IMG/VR virus record: IMGVR_UViG_3300020044_004458
Coordinates: 1-38,634 of that record
Direction: 5' to 3' (one strand)
From: a virus
Taxonomy: Duplodnaviria; Caudoviricetes
Length of the DNA stretch: 38,634 nt
Part shown: in pieces, positions 34,658 through 38,634 of the stretch
Position numbering within the stretch: position 1 is the stretch's first letter
Layout: every line of letters begins with the position of its first letter
Notes under the pieces: model-generated
Databases searched by the model: none
The model's input: only the letters and a program-made list of their open reading frames with translations
What the model was told of the DNA's origin: nothing
Made by a program: the position numbers and the translations under genes

Positions 34658-36264
34658 TAGTAACTTCCTCCACCCTGCCCTTGCAAGGAATCCGAATCTA
34701 GGTACTCTGGGTTCATGGTCATCAAGTAGCGTAGGCAGTCGATTGGGTCTTTTGTTGCTCCCTTCTCGCCATCCAGCCCAGTCCATTCTTTCAAACAGTA
34801 TATAAGGTTTTGACATTCTTCTGATATGTATAGTTTAGGTTTATTAAGCGGGGAGATATCTTGGCTGTAGTCATAGGCAAAGCCGTCATTGATTATTGAT
34901 ACGCCTTGCTCGATTCTAATTCCAGCGGATGGGGTGAAGTTCATCGGTTGTTCGCCATCGTCCAGCATATCTATCAGCGTGACCCCTCCGTCCTCCGTGA
35001 CAGCCTTTGAACCACCAGCCCTAGGGTCGATATACCTCTCGGTGATGGTCTCCCCATCTTCCAAATTGAGTATCAATGTTTTATATTCAGCAAGAGAGCG
35101 TCCAGCACCATTACGCTGTGCAGTCCCCATCTTTCCGTCTGGGTCAGCCGAAGGTAAAGCCCATTCACCTTCTGAGGAATCTGGAAACTCCCTATATACA
35201 TAGAGACTTCCGTCTTCAGTTGCTCGTATCCATAGCATGAACCAGTTTCTCGCACCAGCGGGGTCAACCACCATATAATTTGTGCCATCTTGTGGGATAT
35301 CAGCGGGTTTGACCACATTATGCTCTGGATTAAACCTTGGAAACTGGTTTCCGCTGATGTTATCAGCCCATCCGTAGGCTCTGATTTTGATTTCATAAGG
35401 TTTCTTGCCAAGTAGCGTCTTTTTTAACTGCTCAAATGGGTTGTAGGGGTTGAGTTCGCTATGAAACCACATCACGCCAGCAGGACGGACATAGGATTTA
35501 GCCTTATAGGGCATCGTTCCCCTTGGGCAACCCATCACATTGATGTTATCGGGTAGCAACGGAGACGGCTTATGCTCGATAATCTTCGCACCGCTGACAT
35601 ATTCCTTAACCACGGAACTGTATCCTGTGATTGGGGTGAATGTAACGATGAGTTTACCGCTTCTTGTGACGATACGATAGCGTAGCGTCTCAATCCAGTC
35701 CAACGGCACAAGTTCATCGCACCAGATGAGGTCAACTTCGCCACCTTCGATGACATCTCGCTTCTGGGCGTAGTTCATAAAAATACATTGGCTCTTGTTT
35801 GGCAAAATAAAGGTGTTGTCGGAGAAGCCGTTCTTCTGCGTGTACGATACATTCTGAATCCTGTTCTTACGGAGTTCCTTGAACTCGCTCGGCAAGTACT
35901 TGTGGATTACAGGCTGTTGCATCTGGATGCTCGACTGATTGGTCGTGTGCAAACACCAGACTCTGGCGTTCTCCATGTTGCATAGCGTCTGAACTACTCT
36001 TTTAGCCGCCCACTCGGTCTTGGATGCTCGGTTGCCACCTAGGACTAGAATCTCGTTGTTGCCTTTGAGTATCTCGTCCGCTTCCTTCCAATGCGGTAGG
36101 TCGAAGCCGTGGCGATAGGGGTCGAACTTCTCCGCTTGTATCTTATCCTCTCGGAGATTGAGGATTTCCAGCGTCTTTTCTTCTCCTACCTTTTCAACGA
36201 GTCTTTTTATGTCATCCCTAGTAGGGGTAACAAGAATCGGGTGAGGTGTCGGAGAGAAAGCCAT
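34657..36264 (-). CDS. terL: Terminase large subunit
   Basis: GGNRASKT Walker A, LIWCDE Walker B, TFTP, nuclease VDP and DPIDCLRY. Confidence 0.92.
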   Translation of the reverse strand: MAFSPTPHPILVTPTRDDIKRLVEKVGEEKTLEILNLREDKIQAEKFDPYRHGFDLPHWKEADEILKGNNEILVLGGNRASKTEWAAKRVVQTLCNMENARVWCLHTTNQSSIQMQQPVIHKYLPSEFKELRKNRIQNVSYTQKNGFSDNTFILPNKSQCIFMNYAQKRDVIEGGEVDLIWCDELVPLDWIETLRYRIVTRSGKLIVTFTPITGYSSVVKEYVSGAKIIEHKPSPLLPDNINVMGCPRGTMPYKAKSYVRPAGVMWFHSELNPYNPFEQLKKTLLGKKPYEIKIRAYGWADNISGNQFPRFNPEHNVVKPADIPQDGTNYMVVDPAGARNWFMLWIRATEDGSLYVYREFPDSSEGEWALPSADPDGKMGTAQRNGAGRSLAEYKTLILNLEDGETITERYIDPRAGGSKAVTEDGGVTLIDMLDDGEQPMNFTPSAGIRIEQGVSIINDGFAYDYSQDISPLNKPKLYISEECQNLIYCLKEWTGLDGEKGATKDPIDCLRYLMTMNPEYLDSDSLQGQGGGSY

Positions 36265-36265
36265 A

Positions 36266-36463
36266 TTACTTGTTTTCTATGTCAAAGGTGTTGTTCTGAA
36301 GCACCTTGAATTGGTCTGTTCTCATATGCCTAATCACGCCATCCTTCTCCATAACCACAGCAAAGATATCGTTAGACCAAGTACCTCCGTCTCGCACATA
36401 CATCAACCACCCATAACCGATTTCGGTATGAACTGGGATTGGATTTCTGAATTCTAAAAACAT
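36266..36463 (-). CDS. Hypothetical protein
   Basis: 65-aa ORF in the late operon. Confidence 0.65.
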   Translation of the reverse strand: MFLEFRNPIPVHTEIGYGWLMYVRDGGTWSNDIFAVVMEKDGVIRHMRTDQFKVLQNNTFDIENK

Positions 36464-36464
36464 A

Positions 36465-36536
36465 TCAATACCACATAATTTCCTCGATAGGGATGTCTTC
36501 CATATCTTCGTACTCTTCTGGGTCTAGAAAAGCCAT
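36465..36536 (-). CDS. 23-aa acidic peptide
   Basis: MAFLDPEEYEDMEDIPIEEIMWY*; fills the gap with 1-nt spacing on each side. Confidence 0.4.
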   Translation of the reverse strand: MAFLDPEEYEDMEDIPIEEIMWY

Positions 36537-36537
36537 A

Positions 36538-36780
36538 TCACCAAGCCTTGCAACTCCAGTATCTGGGTGATGTCTTGTCTTTAGCGGTTGCACACTTGTG
36601 TCTCGCTCTGAACGACTTCCTACGCTCTGGGTCGTTCTTCTTGATGCTCATGTTCTGGTCACCGAAGCGAACAATCTTAACCTTGCTTCCAGATTTTACA
36701 TAAACAGCGGACTTCTTGGCGGCTGTTGGGGTTCTGAACGGCTTGTTCAGCGTTACCTTCCTGTTCTTGTATGTAGCCAT
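36538..36780 (-). CDS. Conserved basic phage protein (FG...RRKSFRARH.C...YWS family)
   Basis: KIVRFGD...PERRKSFRARHKC..AKDKTSPRYWSCKAW; start reassigned to MATYK. Confidence 0.75.
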   Translation of the reverse strand: MATYKNRKVTLNKPFRTPTAAKKSAVYVKSGSKVKIVRFGDQNMSIKKNDPERRKSFRARHKCATAKDKTSPRYWSCKAW

Positions 36781-36781
36781 A

Positions 36782-37216
36782 TTAGTATTTTCCGTTAAAT
36801 CTAGGATGACGAATGACGCACCAGCGGTTGCCGTCCCAGCGGACATCAACAGGCATACCGATGTGGAATTTCGTGGAGTCCTTGCACAGCACATTGTAGT
36901 TCTTGCCGTCAATCAACGCACCGATAACCTTTGGGTTCTTGAACTTGGCGTACACAGTCCCACGCTTCTGTTCTGGGGCTGTAATGACCTCTGGCTCTTT
37001 GAAGCCGATGTTCTCCTTTAGTTTCTGGATGCCTTCGTGCGTCCATTCGACTTCCCAGAGGTGCTGTGGCTTTCGTGATTCAACACGATGCCAGTCCGTT
37101 CCCTCGATGTACGAAGAGCGAAGTTCCTTGAGAATATCTCTGCTGAGACCTAGTGCTGTGGAAAGAGCCTTTTCTTTCATATCGACATATTCGTCAGAAT
37201 GTGGCGATTTGGTCAA
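36782..37216 (-). CDS. Hypothetical protein with HTH-like N-terminus
   Basis: EKALSTALGLSRDILKELR; the start may be MKEKAL at 37180. Confidence 0.7.
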   Translation of the reverse strand: MTKSPHSDEYVDMKEKALSTALGLSRDILKELRSSYIEGTDWHRVESRKPQHLWEVEWTHEGIQKLKENIGFKEPEVITAPEQKRGTVYAKFKNPKVIGALIDGKNYNVLCKDSTKFHIGMPVDVRWDGNRWCVIRHPRFNGKY

Positions 37217-37257
37217 CCTAAATCGTCACATCGAATTTTGTAAATTAGACTTACAGG

Positions 37258-37330
37258 TGGGTGCGGCTGGATTTGAACCAGCGTTTCTTCCGTTATGAGC
37301 AGAGTGTTCTAACCTTTGAACTACACACCC
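37258..37330 (-). tRNA. tRNA with CAT anticodon (Ile2 or Met)
   Basis: GGGTGTG/CGCACCC acceptor, loop CTCATAA, T-loop TTCAAAT. Confidence 0.85.
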
Positions 37331-37343
37331 CTGTATATAAGAT

Positions 37344-37416
37344 TACGGCAAGCGGGGGTCGAACCCGCAACATCCAGTTTGGAAAACTGACACTCTGCCA
37401 ATTGAGTTACTGCCGT
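37344..37416 (-). tRNA. tRNA-Gly(TCC)
   Basis: Cloverleaf; TCAGT-TTTCCAA-ACTGG; A1-U72, A73. Confidence 0.85.
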
Positions 37417-37420
37417 GAAA

Positions 37421-37495
37421 TGGCTGAAGGGGGTGGAATCGAACCACCGACTACGGAATTAACAGTTCCGTGTTCTACCGCTGAACTACCCTCCA
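37421..37495 (-). tRNA. tRNA-Asn(GTT)
   Basis: CGGAA-CTGTTAA-TTCCG; U1-A72, G73, encoded CCA. Confidence 0.92.
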
Positions 37496-37502
37496 GTAAA
37501 AA

Positions 37503-37575
37503 TGGGACTAGCGGGACTTGAACCCACAACCAATCGCTTAAAAGGCGACTACTCTGACCATTGAGTTATAGTCCC
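37503..37575 (-). tRNA. tRNA-Lys(TTT)
   Basis: GTCGC-CTTTTAA-GCGAT; full cloverleaf. Confidence 0.92.
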
Positions 37576-37580
37576 TAAAG

Positions 37581-37654
37581 TTGCAGGGGCGGGAATCGAA
37601 CCCACCTATGAGTGCTTATGAGACACTTGCGTTCAACCAGAACGCTACCCTGCA
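37581..37654 (-). tRNA. tRNA-Met(CAT)
   Basis: TGCAGGG/CCCTGCA acceptor; AGTGT-CTCATAA-GCACT; atypical D-arm. Confidence 0.8.
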
Positions 37655-37659
37655 CAAAA

Positions 37660-37730
37660 AACCCCGACAGGGACTTGAACCCCGACAAGGAGTACCAAAA
37701 ACTCCTGTGCTACCATTACACCATCGGGGT
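37660..37730 (-). tRNA. tRNA-Gln(TTG)
   Basis: GGAGT-TTTTGGT-ACTCC; acceptor ACCCCGA/TCGGGGT. Confidence 0.88.
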
Positions 37731-37736
37731 AAGTTG

Positions 37737-37801
37737 GACGCATGAAAGGAAGTTTAACCTTTCTCCTCCGATGAACGGAATTCAACTTAAACTAATGCGT
37801 C
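37737..37801 (-). ncRNA. Miniature tRNA-like RNA
   Basis: Perfect acceptor GACGCAT/ATGCGTC; short arm TCCG-TTCAT-CGGA; 6-bp T-like arm GAAAGG-TTAAACTT-CCTTTC. Confidence 0.6.
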
Positions 37802-37805
37802 AGAA

Positions 37806-37877
37806 TCGACCCACTAGGAATCGAACCTAGATGACTCGCTTAGAAGGCGAGTGTTCTATCCGTTGAACTATGGGTCG
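37806..37877 (-). tRNA. tRNA-Arg(TCT)
   Basis: CTCGC-CTTCTAA-GCGAG; full cloverleaf. Confidence 0.92.
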
Positions 37878-37882
37878 TAAAT

Positions 37883-37969
37883 CAGAGGGTACAGGATTTG
37901 AACCTGTGGTCGAGTGAACCCGACTTCTGTTTTCAAGACAGATGCAATAAGCCTCTCTGCCAACCCTCT
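37883..37969 (-). tRNA. tRNA-Ser(TGA)
   Basis: TCTGT-CTTGAAA-ACAGA; long variable arm; G73. Confidence 0.92.
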
Positions 37970-37974
37970 AAACT

Positions 37975-38104
37975 TGGTGGGTGTGTGGGATTTAAACCGC
38001 ACAGTCATAGTATAACTTCTTGTATGTAATAGTGTTTATCGGAGTTGCATCATTAGGTCTATTACCAATCCGTTGCCTATGCCTAGTCACTAGTACTAGC
38101 ACCC
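37975..38104 (-). ncRNA. 130-nt CCA-ending tRNA-like RNA with an internal pseudoknot
   Basis: GGGTG/CACCC-ACCA ends; T-like arm GTG(C)GG-TTTAAAT-CCCAC; CATAG/CTATG stem enclosing GGATTG/CAA(C)TCC and GTAATAG/CTATTAC. Confidence 0.6.
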
Positions 38105-38110
38105 AAAGCG

Positions 38111-38182
38111 AGCCTTGTGTCAGATTTGAACTGACGACCCTCTGTTTACAAAACAGATGCACTACCGCTGTGCTAACAAGGC
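38111..38182 (-). tRNA. tRNA-Thr(TGT)
   Basis: TCTGT-TTTGTAA-ACAGA; acceptor GCCTTGT/ACAAGGC. Confidence 0.92.
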
Positions 38183-38276
38183 GAAGTCAAAGAACGAGTT
38201 GTTTATTCCCAAGAGATATTCAGAAGTCAACGAGAAATAATTAAAATCCCTTCCCCCAAGAATCTGGGGGACTGAG

Positions 38277-38634
38277 GGGGTTGCTCACAGGGGTTCTAGG
38301 GGTTTACATCTCCTTGTGTCAACACAATTCGTACGATTTCGGTACGCTTTTTACTCCACGATAATTTTACGCTTGACTCAAGCACATTGAACCTCCCCCA
38401 TACCCCCTCATCTATAAGCCATAAGCCTACACCTTAAGCCTTATTAGACTAAAAAGTTTATGTAGCAAGATGGGTATTATATAGCCCCTAACCTAAAAGA
38501 TAAAGACCCCCCCGCCCCCTGCGTGGGTGGTCGAAGTCTGGGGCTAAAAGAGCAGAGTAAAAAGCGTACCGAAATCGTACGAATTGTGTTGACACAAGGA
38601 GATGTAAACCCCTAGAACCCCTGTGAGCAACCCC
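38277..38634. repeat. Perfect 80-bp inverted repeat (38277-38356 / 38555-38634) around a 198-bp spacer
   Basis: Base-by-base reverse complement; the second arm runs to the end of the window. Confidence 0.95.

Noticed and set aside
37975-38104. Canonical tmRNA
   Set aside because: Only 130 nt, G3-C70 rather than G3-U70, and no tag reading frame; kept as a tRNA-like RNA.
37261-38244. Plus-strand ORFs over the tRNA cluster
   Set aside because: They are antisense shadows of tRNA genes.

Overview
A nearly complete ~38.6 kb genome of a tailed dsDNA phage with podovirus-type virion genes. I found no integrase, DNA polymerase or replicative helicase. The left arm (mostly + strand, 1-11990) holds a ~1.1 kb repeat-rich control region with two divergent sigma54-like motifs and putative structured RNAs. 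It continues with small early genes (one a probable histone-fold protein), endonuclease VII, a RecE-like exonuclease, a lambda-like initiator with a DnaC-like loader, Erf, a lysozyme-fold enzyme and a metallophosphoesterase. The right arm (- strand, 38182 to 11887) holds nine tRNAs plus two non-canonical tRNA-like RNAs, then terminase, portal, scaffold, capsid, tail, three ejection-type proteins, holin and a spanin-like lipoprotein. The strongest candidate for an undescribed system is the 2632-aa ejection-type protein. Its C-terminal half is an array of effector-like domains (ADP-ribosyltransferase-like, GNAT, unknown, zincin-like). Each domain is delimited by a repeated [FYW]QP motif, the array is bracketed by two copies of a small domain, and an HExxH peptidase lies upstream, suggesting an injected, processed effector polyprotein. 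All calls are by-eye motif recognition; no searches or folding programs were run.
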